Below, one piece after another: positions 51,360-64,000 of a DNA stretch of 64,000 nt (positions are counted from its first letter, which is position 1; the number at the start of each line of letters is the position of its first letter). The DNA is from Octopus vulgaris (lineage: Eukaryota). Made by a program: the position numbers and the translations under genes. Where the stretch lies: the NCBI GenBank assembly GCA_951406725.2, contig OX597827.1, positions 79,732,001 through 79,796,000 on the forward strand. Reading direction: 5' to 3'. A model generated the notes under the pieces. The model made no database searches and was not told the origin of the DNA. It saw only the letters and a list, made by a program, of their open reading frames with translations.

Positions 51360-52312
51360 AGACACCATTAATACTGCAATATTGGATTGTATGTTGTGAA
51401 GAGAGAATACTATTTGCTGCTAGAAATATTCAAAAGGTTATTGAAACAGTGGTGGAATGCAAAAACTGAAGGAATATCGACAGGAAAAGTAACTGGAAAG
51501 AAAAAGAATTATATAGCAAATTCATGCAAGAAACCAAGAATGCTGGTTGTGTCTGATGTAGGGAAACCTGAAACATGAAACAGAATCACTAATTACGGTC
51601 ACTGAGAACAAGTCATATAGACTAAATTTGATAAAGGCAAAAATGAATGAAACTCAGAAAGCAAATGCAGAATCTGTAGGAAAGGAGACAAAAGTGTTAA
51701 GCATCTCTTGAGTAAATGCAGTAAGCTAGTTGAAGAAGAGTATAAATAGAGATAGGAGTATGTCAGAAAATGAGTGCATTGGGATGTAAGTCAAGTGTGT
51801 GGATTCAATGTAGCTGAAAACCGGGATGAACACAAGCCAGAGGCTGTCATAGAGAATAATAATTACAGGATTTTATGGGATTTCTCCTTAAAGATTGACC
51901 ATATTTATTGAAGCAAGAAAACCAGATGTGACTGTAGGGGACAAAAGTAAAAGTATTAAATCATAGACATTGCAAACCCACCTGATTATAGAGTGGAGAC
52001 TAAAGAAAAAAAAGAAATAAAAGAGAAAACTGAGAAATACCTGGACTTAGCCAGAGAAATGAAGAGATTGTTAAAGAGCAAGATGCCAACTATTCCTGTG
52101 GTAATTGGCACACTTATAATGAGTGCTGCCTAAGAAGCTAAAGGATACTGAAATTGAGACATGCATTGTTGACCTGAAGAAAAGTGCAATCATGTATTCC
52201 GCAAGAATCCGAAAACTTGAGGAGACTTGTCACCAAATCTCAAGACAACATAACATTCCTGATAAACAATAATATAGCATGTAATAGCATTAGCAACAAC
52301 GACAATAATAGT
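51360..52312 (+). mobile_element. R4/Dong-like 3' fragment (CCHC knuckle + endonuclease)
   Basis: KCRICRKGDKSVKHLLSKC, YRILWDFSLKIDH, EARKPD, IIDIANP, EKYLDLAREMKRL, IPVVIG; ends in a degenerate (AAT/AAC)n run. Confidence 0.8.
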
Positions 52313-52509
52313 AAATCTTTTCTTTCACCATAGGCACAAGACCTGAAATTTGGGGTGAGAGGGCTTGTTGATTACATCAACCCCAGCTCTTGATTGGTAG
52401 CTTCTTATTTTATCAACCCCAAAAGGGAATTTAACCGTAGAATGTAAAGCCAAGAGACAACATGCCAGTGAGCATTTTATTCAATGTGTTCATTCTACCA
52501 GCTCTCTAC

Positions 52510-52602
52510 CATACTACTACTACTATTGCTGCTGCTGCTTCTTCTACTACTACTACTACCACCACCACCACCACCACCACCACCACCACCACCACCACCA
52601 CC

Positions 52603-52696
<94 letters not shown>
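52510..52696. repeat. Compound trinucleotide microsatellite (ACT)n(GCT)n(ACT)n(ACC)n(ACT)n(AAT)n
   Basis: Directly visible; explains the homopolymer ORFs. Confidence 0.97.
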
Positions 52697-52698
<2 letters not shown>

Positions 52699-53677
52699 GT
52701 ATTTACAGGTACCCCCACAGGGAAAACATATACGTTCTTTGTGGGGAAACACTCTTCTGCCAGTAGAATAAAAAGGGGATGCTGCAAAGGACATTCACAC
52801 CAGTGTCTAGCATTTTAGAAATCGTTCACTTACCTTCAACTTAGATTTGCTATAAGGTTCTGTTGTACGATCAGTGATACAATTCTGAACAACATTAATG
52901 TGCTAAACTTTTCATTTAGAAACATATTCATCCTCTCACTTCTAAAACTGAGGGGAAAAAATCCTTGTAGTTAAGAATAGAATCCGAATGAACTTCTAGA
53001 AGTGTAATTTCTAGAAACTGCTTCTCTTGTGAATGCCTCTGTGATGTTGGAAGGTGATAAACTTCAGTGTAAAGAAAGTAGTAACTAAATTAGATCAGCT
53101 GAGATCAATTTATCTATTCATATTTAAATGTGACTGTTTCTGCATCTACAAATCTATTTACACAGACATGAATCACCCAGTACAGATTCCCTTTGATCCA
53201 TTTGTTATATTTGCAATCTGACCAGAGGAGAGAAAACTGTTGAAAGCAACTAAAATGATTGACTGTTTACACATATTCATATGGATCTATATAAAAGCAT
53301 GAATTTCTTTAGCTTTATATCATTAACAAATGAATATTTACATATTTTTGCATAAGGTTATATATAATTAATATAAGTATTGATATACGTTTAGATATTG
53401 GTAATACAGTATAGGAAAATATGAAATTGCTGCCCTTAAATCTGAAAAGGCATTCTTATTTGTATATTTTACACAACTCCCTCTAGGTTTCTGAATGTAA
53501 CTTTTATAAGGATGACATGAACAGAAAGTAAATGCAAAACAAAGCTCTTACTTTCAACTGCAAATTGCTAATTGACTTATGTTAACACAATATATCTAAA
53601 TGGATAAATAATTCAGTGAATGGTTTCCTATCTATTATCTTCTTCATCACCTTTTTTTACTCATACATTAATATATA

Positions 53678-54072
53678 ATATGCATGCATGCACACATACA
53701 TGCATGTATGTATGTGTGCATGCATGCACGTATGTATGTATGTATGTATGTATGTATGTATGTATGTATGTATGTATGTATGTATGTATTTATTTATTTC
53801 AGTATGTATTTATGTATGTATGTATGTATGTATGCATGCATGCATACATGTATATATGAATGCATCTATATATGCATGCATGTATGTGTGCATGCATGCA
53901 TATATAGATGCATACATACATACATACATACATAAATACATACTGAAATAAATAAATACATACATACATACATACATACATACATACGTGCATGCATGCA
54001 CACATACATACATACGTGCATGCATGCACACATACATGCATACAAACATGCATACATGCATACATACATACA
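53678..54072. repeat. Long inverted repeat built from (TATG)n/(CATA)n arrays
   Basis: Interruption tatttatttatttcagtatgtattta is mirrored as taaatacatactgaaataaataaata; centre near 53885. Confidence 0.9.
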
Positions 54073-55459
54073 TAGACAGACACATGAACAGTATTTTTGT
54101 TCATAATTGACATTAAAAGCTGACTCTAACTCTATACAGTATTTCATATCAAATCTTAACATTTTCTGTATATACGATCTTCTTACATACATAAAAATAT
54201 TTCTGTTTTATATTCTATATACAAATAAATGTTAAAGTTAAGTACCAGTTCGTGAGGACTGCTTGTAAATAGTTGTATCTTCCCTTTTCAAAGTTCCATC
54301 TGACTACACTATTTCATATCAAAATACTATTTAAGAGACACTAAATAAAATCAGTTAATTACAAGAATATTGTCATAATTGTTCATTGACACAATCAGGC
54401 TGATGTATCAATATATATTCTGCCATGTGCATAAATAAGCAATATATATATATATATAGCATATAACTATAGATATTTTAATATATGCTACCGCTATCGG
54501 TCATTGCAATAATTATTTCACAACTATACTTTACCTGTTCCACAGTTTTCTCATGTTAAATCACCCCCAGCATATCTTAAATAATCTCTGCTGCCATCAT
54601 TGAGATTTCTACATTTCTTTACTCAATGTGTAACAAATATTCCTATTCCATAATTACTCATCAAAAACATCCTTTATGGATTCATTGACTCTCATCTTCA
54701 CAAACTTAACATAGCAAATTAACATACAGTGAATTATACTCATTCCTCTTTAGCCACAATCTATCAACTATGTTCACAAGTAAATGCCATAAAGTATTAT
54801 AATTCAAGAAAATTCTGCAGCTCTTACCACTGCACCCACTTATAACAGCATTGACAGAATGGGTTTTTGAAAATATCTGAGTGGTTAATTATGTGGCTTT
54901 TACTAATTCACATTCATAGAGTCAAATACTTGATTTTGTTATAATTGGTGATATTCACCAGTGAACACTTGAATCTATTGTATTTGGGAAAAAGGACAGA
55001 TTGGATATGTTTATGCCTCTCCAGTGAATTAGCAATATAAGTGATGGTAAATGTCCCACTGACAATTGAAATCAGTTTCCAGACTCACTAAGAACTTTCA
55101 GCTGTTCTTCTCCCTCTCCTACAAAATTAGTAGAGCTAATTATTCAGTGAGGAAAATTTCTGACTGCAGCAATCCAGCAGGATTCTCATCCATATTTTGT
55201 CAGAAAGAATCTAAGAAACCTTGTAGTTGTTGTCTAGCTCCAGATCAGGCCTAATTGAGCACACCATCTATAATCAAAGGCATTCTAGCCATAAAGAAGC
55301 TAGTATTTATATATCTAAGACCATATTAAGACAGTAGGGTATGATTTGAGGGAATATGCCAAATATCTATGCAGAGGCTCTCATGAAGATGTAAGGGGTT
55401 CAAGCTAGCAGTCTTCTTTGCTCTTATGTCTTTATAATTCATATTATGCCTTTTAAATA

Positions 55460-56280
55460 ATAATAATAATGATGATGATGAAATTCTTGTGTATAGTGCT
55501 CAGGTGCACTACAACTCATCAAAGGTACTTGTATATTACATAGAATTATGTATAAATATCAGGAAAGGGAACAGTGTACAAGTTATGATATATATGTGTG
55601 CATGTGAATAGAAGGGGATGTCAGGTGTAGTGTTGGTGAATTTCAGGAAGCATGGAGGTTTTAAAGGATGCAGTGTTTTGGCAACTAACAGCTGATGCAG
55701 GTAGTTTGTTCCATGCTTCAGCAATTCTGAGTGTGAAAAAATGTTTCCGAAAGTCATGGGAGCTGTGCTGTTTTCTGACTTTGTAGACATGCCCACATGT
55801 GTTAGACACATGGAGCTCAAAAAGGTGCTCAAGGTGGTGGTTGGCATGATGGTTAATAATTTTGTGGGTGTTTACCAAGTCAGTTGCCAGACGTCAGAGC
55901 TTCAATGTATCTATGCACAGGGAAGCAAGGCATTCAGAGTATGGTAGATTCCTGATGGAGGGCAATTGCTTGGTTGCACATCTCTGAACAGTTTCCAGGA
56001 TGTCAATGTCCTGAGCAAGATAGAGGTTCCAGACTGGTGATGCAGATTCCAAGTGTGGCCTCACTATAGGCATATACAGTTTAAATAGATAGCTGGAGAT
56101 TGGCTGACAAAAATTTTGCTGAGTGATGCCAAGACACCCTCAGCCTTCTGGACAATTTTAGAGATGTGCTTTGTCCAGTGCAAATCGCTGCTGACAGGAA
56201 TGCCCAGGTCACATTCACAAGAAGACTTCTTGATATTAGTGTTGTGGAGAAAGTATGTGGACACTAGTATATTATACATA
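55460..56280 (-). mobile_element. CR1-clade LINE 3' end
   Basis: CECDLGIPVSSDLHWTKHISKIVQKA, RPHLESASPVWNL, TCGHVYKV, RKHFFTLRIAEAWNKLPASAVS...ASFK; simple-repeat tail near 55460-55480. Confidence 0.88.
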
Positions 56281-58103
56281 ACTGAAGACAGGTGTTATTT
56301 CTATTTGATGCTTTCATTAGAAAATACTTTAAACAATGGCTGTCTGTACAATTATATTCTAATTATACATCGCTTCAGTTTTGACATGATTACAGGTAAT
56401 GTAAAACGTCAAAATATTCAGTGTAGGTAAATATAGCAGAATTAGAAGGAGTCTATAAAATAAAATCTTTTATACTAGCCTACCTATTAGGAACCACTCA
56501 TGGGATTATCTCAACATAGAATTGTCATATAACACTCATGCACATTGATTGATTCTAGTTTCAGCTCATGAGCTGTGGCCATGCTGGGGCACGCTGTAGA
56601 ATAATTAAAGACAGAAAAGATGAACAAGTCATTGGGAATGTAGTTGGTAGAGGGTGGTATGTTAATTATCAACTATCAACAATAATCAAAAAATTAGTAT
56701 TTTAGAGTAGTATATGCAATAAGTTATAATTAAAGCAATAAGAGTAATTACTAAAGATTATATCTATTAAATCAATAAGCAGAATTATTATTAATACAAT
56801 CATTCACTCACCCATACATGCACACATGTGCGCTCACACACTCATGTGCATGTGCACACACATGCACACATGTGCTCTCACACACTTACGTGCACACACA
56901 CACGCACACACACACACAGTATAAGATTGCAAGAAAAATCTAGATGGCAATATAATTAAGAATCTATAATGATTTTTCATAAGACTAATAATGATGTTGG
57001 TGGTGATTAGAATTTTTATTATAGTTACAATAACATAGCTAATTAATTAAATTTATTCTGTAATGAAGAAAATAAGTGACTTAAAATGGAATTTGATTGT
57101 AATTATTAAGAAATAAAGTTAAACAATAATTTGTATCAAGGCTAAAACCTTGAAAAACCTAAGAAAATTTGAAATTACTGCTGAATTAATTGAGAATTGA
57201 ATGAACAGAAAACAGTTGATTCTAAGAAAAACGGTGTGTGTGGTAAGGTTTTATATATTTTTTATTAAAAAAGAAGTGAGTCACAGTTTAAATCAAAGCA
57301 AACAGGACATAGAATGGACATTAAAACAATAAGTTGTATGAGGCTAGTGTTGTGTCCTGAACTTTCAGATTCACTGAAGAAACAATTCTAAAGGGAAGGA
57401 AAGAGGACCAGTCTTGTAAGAATCATTAGTTGAATAAATTACTACATATATATATATATATATGCACACATATTATATAGGCATATATATGAGTGTGTGT
57501 TTCTGTCCAGCTGTCTTGACCTTATACAATAGCTGTAAATGAGTGTCACTGTCATTGAAGTCATGTTCTTTATTTTGAATCTAGCATGAAAACATGACCT
57601 GCCACGGAGGAAAAGGTGAAGGTAGGGAAAAAATCTGCCCCAATCAATTCTGTCTTCATACACACACACACACACACACACATACATACAAACATACACA
57701 CACATACATATACACACACACCCAAACAGCTGTAAGGAGTGATTTTAATGATTTCAGTAATTTATATTATGATTTTTATAATTTGTATTCTTATCTTACA
57801 TGTATTGAATTATAATGTCTATATTTATGCTATTAAGGTTCTCATTTTTGTTAAATGAATAAATAATCCAACATTCTAATATCCAAAAGCTGATGAACCA
57901 ACCAAATTGTTTCTCCATTTTCTTATTTGTATTATAAATTAATGGTAAAATATTTCTTTACTTTCACCCATTTAATACAATAAGTAAGTTAATTGCATTA
58001 CAATTAAAAACATTTGTGTATTAAGAATTTGAGTATTATACCAACAGTATATTGGATAAATACTATCCCTTAGTGGGTTGGATCCATAACCCCTAACTTA
58101 CTT

Positions 58104-58158
<55 letters not shown>

Positions 58159-59533
58159 TAGAGTAAAAAGGACAACAAAAAACAAGGTAGGACAGGCATC
58201 CCAAGTCATTTAGAATATTTAATTAGGGTAAGGAGAATTTGAAGCTTTATGGCTGTTTCTGGGATATCCTGAGTGATAGGCTAAGCATGTCCATACACTG
58301 GCTATTCCTAACATTGACCACTTTACCCAGTGAAATGCAAATGCTTTTTCTGTGGCACGAGCATTAGTCATGTTGATTTGTAACTCACATGACTAAAACA
58401 CCTTGACCGAGAGGCAGAATATGAGATGGAACAGTCACTTTATGCTAGGTGTTGAGAGATTTAAGTTTGATGGGAGGACCTGTAATCTCTATCTAGAGCA
58501 GGTAAAATTCCCGAGTTAAGTTTATTGTTATGGAAGGGATTCATGGCTACCTTTCATTTAACATGAATGCAGGAGTTGGTTGAAAGGATGCCTGAAAGAG
58601 AGGTAAATATGGTGGTGGCAAGGTACCACAAATTACCCTAAAGGTCACATGTCCAAGAAGGTGAATAGAAGAGAGCATGGATGCAGAAGAATGAAGGAGG
58701 GTTTGTAAGGTTGTAAGCATGTAGAAGAGTGAGAGATGGATATAAACATGGGATAGAGGTGAACAGATGTATAGGGGATGTATGTAATGAATACTAATCA
58801 GAGGTGGGCTTGTAAATAGGCGTGGTGCAGATATCGATAAGAAATGGATGTCAACTGGGAATAACCAGGGGGAGAAGGAGTGATGACAGGTATTGTATTC
58901 ACACACATGTATATACATAAACACATACACTCATGCATACTCACACATGATATAATACACAAGCACACACACACACACAAATATATATATATTTATATTC
59001 ATATATGTTATAGGAAGATATATTTTATTTCTTTTTATGATGATACATAATTGATTTTTGAAATCAATGCATAGAGAATAATATTTGTAGACAGTAATCA
59101 TTATCACTATATGTAACCAGGTAAATATTTATGAATAAGATACAGGTATTACCAGTGTCATAAATGCATACTAATGACACAAAGTTGTATTTCTGAGTTG
59201 TCCTAATATTAATATTTATATTGTAACAGGTATCAATAATTTTATTGAGTCTTTAGATAAATTAATTGAATTTATCTTTGAGAAGGTTTAGCATAAAATC
59301 TAAGAGGCTAACACATTTCTTTAAAGTGGTTAGAATTTCTGCAGAAACTTAGACACTCTCTTCTACAAGAATATCAAATTGTGAGTGAAATAACATGATT
59401 TCAAAATTTATGTTCATAGCTTGAATTGTTTGGGTTTTCGGGACTATTAACTTCATTGTTCTTCTCTAACATTAGGTTTTATGCCCCATCAAGATGTTGT
59501 ATAAACAGAAGAATACACACACATATATGTTCA

Positions 59534-59574
<41 letters not shown>

Positions 59575-60059
59575 GGGTGATAAAGATGCTAGTGATAAAA
59601 GTGAAGGCAAAGCAGTTACCAAGTTGTGTTCCTGAAGGGTTTCACATCTTGGAATTGCTTTCCAATCATGCAGGATGATGCTGATGTCCTAGGTCTCCAG
59701 TTCTTGTAAAGTTTTAAGTAAAATCCAAGGCAGTTTCTCGTAATGGCTATATGATAGACAGGTTGTAGTTTCCTATGCTGAACTAGATTAATTTAGTCCT
59801 GGGTTAATCCTTAAATTGTTGGAACCAGTTAATTACCTCTGCTGTGCTAATCCACAAATTTGATTCAGTGCATTGTTTAATAATTGGAACTATTCTATGG
59901 CGAACTCTCTCACTGATCCAGCTGATGTGAAACTTGGTCAAGTTGGTTCAGTCAGATATTTTGGAGTGTAGTAGAAGTCCAGTGGTCATTCAGTGAGATC
60001 ATTTAGGGTTCATACAGAGTGATGGCTTCTATTTGGTTTTGTATGCTAAAAAAAAGTCT

Positions 60060-60227
60060 CACGGAGTGGTTGGCGTTAGGAAGGGCATCCAGCTGTAGAA
60101 ACACTGCCAGATCAGACTGGGCCTGGTGCAACCTTCTGGCTTCCCAGACCTTGGCCGAACCATCCAACCCATGACAGCATGGAAAGCGGACGCTAAACGA
60201 TGATGATGATGATGATGATGATGATGC
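60060..60227 (+). mobile_element. Family C RTE-like 3' tail with (GAT)n
   Basis: gtggttggcgttaggaagggcatccagctgtagaaac..gcatggaaagcggacgctaaacgatgatgatg. Confidence 0.8.
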
Positions 60228-60524
60228 TGAGTTTGGCATCGTACATTATCAATATTGTTCAGCATCTCATTTGGTACATGGAGATCAGGTTCTTTTTTAA
60301 TGAACTGGCTCTGTCAGTTATAGTCTACATAGTGTACGTTGCCAGATTTGTCCATATGATGGACAAGTATCTTATCAGTGAGGTGGGACTCAAGGATTCT
60401 TTTCTTTGGTTTAGTTGGTTGGTAAGTTCCCTTTTTTAATTTAGTTTGTTTGAATAGTGGAAAAGAAATCTGTTTCAAAATCAACTAGAACAGGGTTAAG
60501 TAGTGTGTGTGTGTGTGTTTGAAG

Positions 60525-60853
60525 CCATATGGAGTTGTGGTTGGGGTGTATCACTCATGACCAGGAGATGGTTTTGATTTCCAAACTCGCTGTACATTTT
60601 GTTCTTGAGCAAAACACTTCATTTCACATTGCTCCAGTCCACTCAGCCATAAATGGGGTTGCCCTGTGATGGACTAGCCTTCTGAATGGGGGGGGGGGGG
60701 AATGCCAATTTGCCTAGCAAGATAGAATCATTTGAAAGCTACAACAATGCAAGGAAGCACATTGCAACCAGTGGTGTATAACAACATCTGGCAATCTGGT
60801 TGATACACTGATGTGTGTGTGCTTGTCTGTGTGTGTATACACCCCACCCAAGC

Positions 60854-60927
<74 letters not shown>

Positions 60928-61020
60928 CAGAGAGCATCTGACCAGAGAAAAGTCTACCTCAATGAATTCTGCCTAACTCATGCAAGCAAAGAAAAGTGAA
61001 TGTTGAAACGAAGATGATGT
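60525..61020 (+). mobile_element. Decayed tRNA-headed SINE with internal microsatellites
   Basis: ttcttgagcaaaacacttcatttcacattgctccagtccactcagc core and 3' aactcatgcaagc..gaaaagtgaatgtt..gatgatg tail, similar to 2950-3000. Confidence 0.55.
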
Positions 61021-64000
61021 ATGCATGCATGCGTGTATTTATTTATTTATTTATTTATTTATTTATGTATGTATGTATGGACAGATGGATACATATTTTT
61101 ATGTATATATGTACATATGAATATATATATATGTATATATATGCATGTATGTGTGTGTGTGTGTGTGTAAACATACATATTTGTGTACGGATGGATATAT
61201 ATATATATAAGCTTGCATATGTATTTCTTTGTGTGTATATATATATATATATATATGTATATATCAGCATCATCCTAGTCCTATTCTACATCCACATACA
61301 TACCTTTGAATAGATATATGATGTAATATTCATATGATTATGTATGGATTTGTGACTGTAACATCTTACTTATTGCTCACTGCCACCATAATCATAAACG
61401 TTGAATAGCAGTAAATGTCACTGTATGTTTCCTACTGAATCGCTTCCATGTTACCTTTCTCTTCTAAATAGTTTATATCCAAATGTATGAATGCTGGCTT
61501 TCAGAAAAATCATTTTCTTAAAGTTTGGAGAAACTCTCTAACATCTAATAATTGTACAGCCTCCGGCTAAGCTCATTACTGTGCCAAACTCAATAGCACT
61601 GAATTTAAAATATCTTTCATCTGCCGCACTTCAGCTCTGCACTCAACACTTCCTAACAGCTGCCATGCCTTCTAGGCCAGGGCTAAATGAATCTCTTCTA
61701 ATTTGTGCATTTCATCTCCAACTCCATCTATACAATTCAAATGCAACTCTCTTAAGGCCCTTTACATCTGAAACTAATGATTTTACCATTCTCTTTGCAT
61801 TCTCTATACTTGATAATTGTACCAACCACCTTTATCTCTCTTTTACCTCAAATTTTCTTTGATTATACCTTATGCATTCTTTCCCATGATAGATATGAAG
61901 GTGCTTTATTGTCCTTTTAGAGCCAACAAAATTACAGTTCTCTCCATATTTGTTTCAAACCTCAGTTTTATTTATTGAAAAATTTTCAATTTCCTTCTTG
62001 CAAATATCACTATATCTGACATTATTCATTTGATTTTTCACACCAGAATTTATTTGGGATGTAATCCAAGTGTATCTAAGACTTAATGAATACATAATTT
62101 AGTAGCCATTTGTATGATTAGCAGTTAAAGTTGTTATTATTTGTATAGGAAAACTTATGAAAAGCAGTTAATAAGTTATTTCAATTAAGCTCTTATGGCA
62201 ATAATGACATTCCAGGAATGTTTTCTGTATGAAGAACATAAAGTAGTTGGCAAAAACAACTAAAAATTTAAAAAAAAAGTTCAATTAAAAATCACACCTG
62301 TATTGAAATGATAAAAACCATTAGTATCAATGGTAATTCTTATCAAAGAAGACAAAAATTATAATTAACATTAATGATTCAATTTGACTCCCTACAGCTC
62401 GCTACATAACTTTTATGGTAATATATTGACCCCATCTATGCTTTTATTGCCAATGCATGGGTCCATAAATGAGTGTTTATTACTTTTGTTATAGTATGAG
62501 AAATCAACCAAACCTAAGATAAATTCTAACCAATTTCTTCAGATAAACAAGACAGAATTTTTTCACATTTTGAAAAAACAAATTCCATCTTTTACTCAAT
62601 GAACTTACTGATATAATTCTGTCAGTGTCATTACTAAAAATGACCATATTAAATTATTCTCATCAATAATCTTAACTTACTGTCCTTATGGGTCCCTTGT
62701 AGCTATAAAAACTCTGGGTAATAAACAGGTCCACTTTGATAATTTGTTCGGTTTTTTGTTGCTTACCCAATTAGAGTTGAGTATTGTTCTCTTGAGATTC
62801 TATTAGGACACTCCAAGAAGATTTAAAACTATTTTATTCCTTATTGAATACAAAATATTAGATATCAACTTGGTTGCTTGATTTCTTTTAAAACTATACC
62901 ATCGTTGGTTGCTCAAAATGTTTAATGAGAATTTCTTATCTTCACAATAGAAGATAAAGAATTTTAAATATGTTTCTCTAATCAAATTGCTATTCTGTGA
63001 TTCCTTTACAGAACAATTTAACAGTAATGTTGAGTGTAATCCATCATTCATTTAACAATCATTCTTCCCTTTTGCACTTTTCATCTCTGTAGAATGACAG
63101 ATTTGCTTTATAAACTTCTTTTAATGCTTTCTGTCTAGACTCTAGCCTGACATTGGTCATTAATTTGGAGATAATATATTAAATTCAAATGGAATTAAAC
63201 CTACCAGCTAGTACATTCAAAGTTATTTCCTCTTTCTGACAGTAAAATTCACAGACTCACATATTAGAACATACCTAAGAATATGGGAAATCAGCTGGAG
63301 AACAGACATATAATTATAACAGCAAAGACATGGTAAAGTCTTTTAGTAAAGGTATTCATGATTATATAGACCATTCTGAAAGGTGGAACAGCTTCTTTTC
63401 TTTCTGTGAGCAATGAGAGCATTCTGAAAATTCCCCAGTCTACCTTTAGGGAGTTATGTGTTTATTTATCAATGTTTTCATATGGAGATTGCCAAACTAC
63501 TTATATGCATATATGTACATAATGCATATATGTACATAATGCATATATGTACATTCATGCACAAATGCAGCAACAATCATATATTTACAACAAAGCTGTT
63601 CAGAATTCAGCATGTGTTGAAGTATGTCCTGTAAATATTAATGCATACCAAAATTCAATAAGAAAGATCACAGTTTCATTGGTTTAGGTTGGTTTGGTAT
63701 ATTTTTGCAGTGAGGAATTCTCTTTATTCCCATTAAGCATATATCAGTTATAGAAACTTATCCAGCCTTTCTCATTTCATCTCCTAACTCTTATTTCTTA
63801 TATGACTGAACCTTGATGGAATATGCATTCAGTTTATCTATGGTATCACTATAGGCTATATCTTTGCAATGGCTTGTACACAATCCTGATAATGATTTGT
63901 TAACTCTCCACTAAGTCCTCCTTTAACTGCAGTTAGGCCCCATGGGTAGGCAGTGCCATTTTAACTTTTTCTTTTTTACTAAGAGAAAATGAAGGGAACA

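Noticed and set aside
52462-52818. Poly-T/N, poly-P/L and poly-G/S ORFs
   Set aside because: Trinucleotide microsatellite open in several frames on both strands.
27200-64000. Additional protocadherin variable exons or pseudo-exons upstream
   Set aside because: No ORF or fragment with DRE/DxNDN motifs seen; a tandem cluster cannot be supported inside this window.

Overview
AT-rich, repeat-dense eukaryotic DNA, most likely from a coleoid cephalopod (Octopus); this is inferred from the protocadherin style and the repeat families, not proven. One host gene is supportable, a minus-strand protocadherin. Its large exon (ATG at 26964, phase-0 donor after 24592) encodes a signal peptide, six cadherin repeats, a TM helix and the start of the cytoplasmic tail. 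It appears to splice across a 12.8 kb intron to a 166-nt cytoplasmic exon (11781..11616) carrying a QYEEIP motif. The rest is decayed mobile DNA (Penelope-like elements, R4/Dong-like, RTE, CR1-like and Tx1-like LINEs, a DD34D mariner, a hAT MITE, several SINE families) and microsatellites. The main structure not explained by the ORF track is a set of minimal hammerhead-ribozyme-like motifs in inverted-repeat elements, one directly downstream of a tRNA-like Pol III head, plus many inverted repeats that could form dsRNA. Repeat boundaries were read by eye and are approximate; no searches were run.
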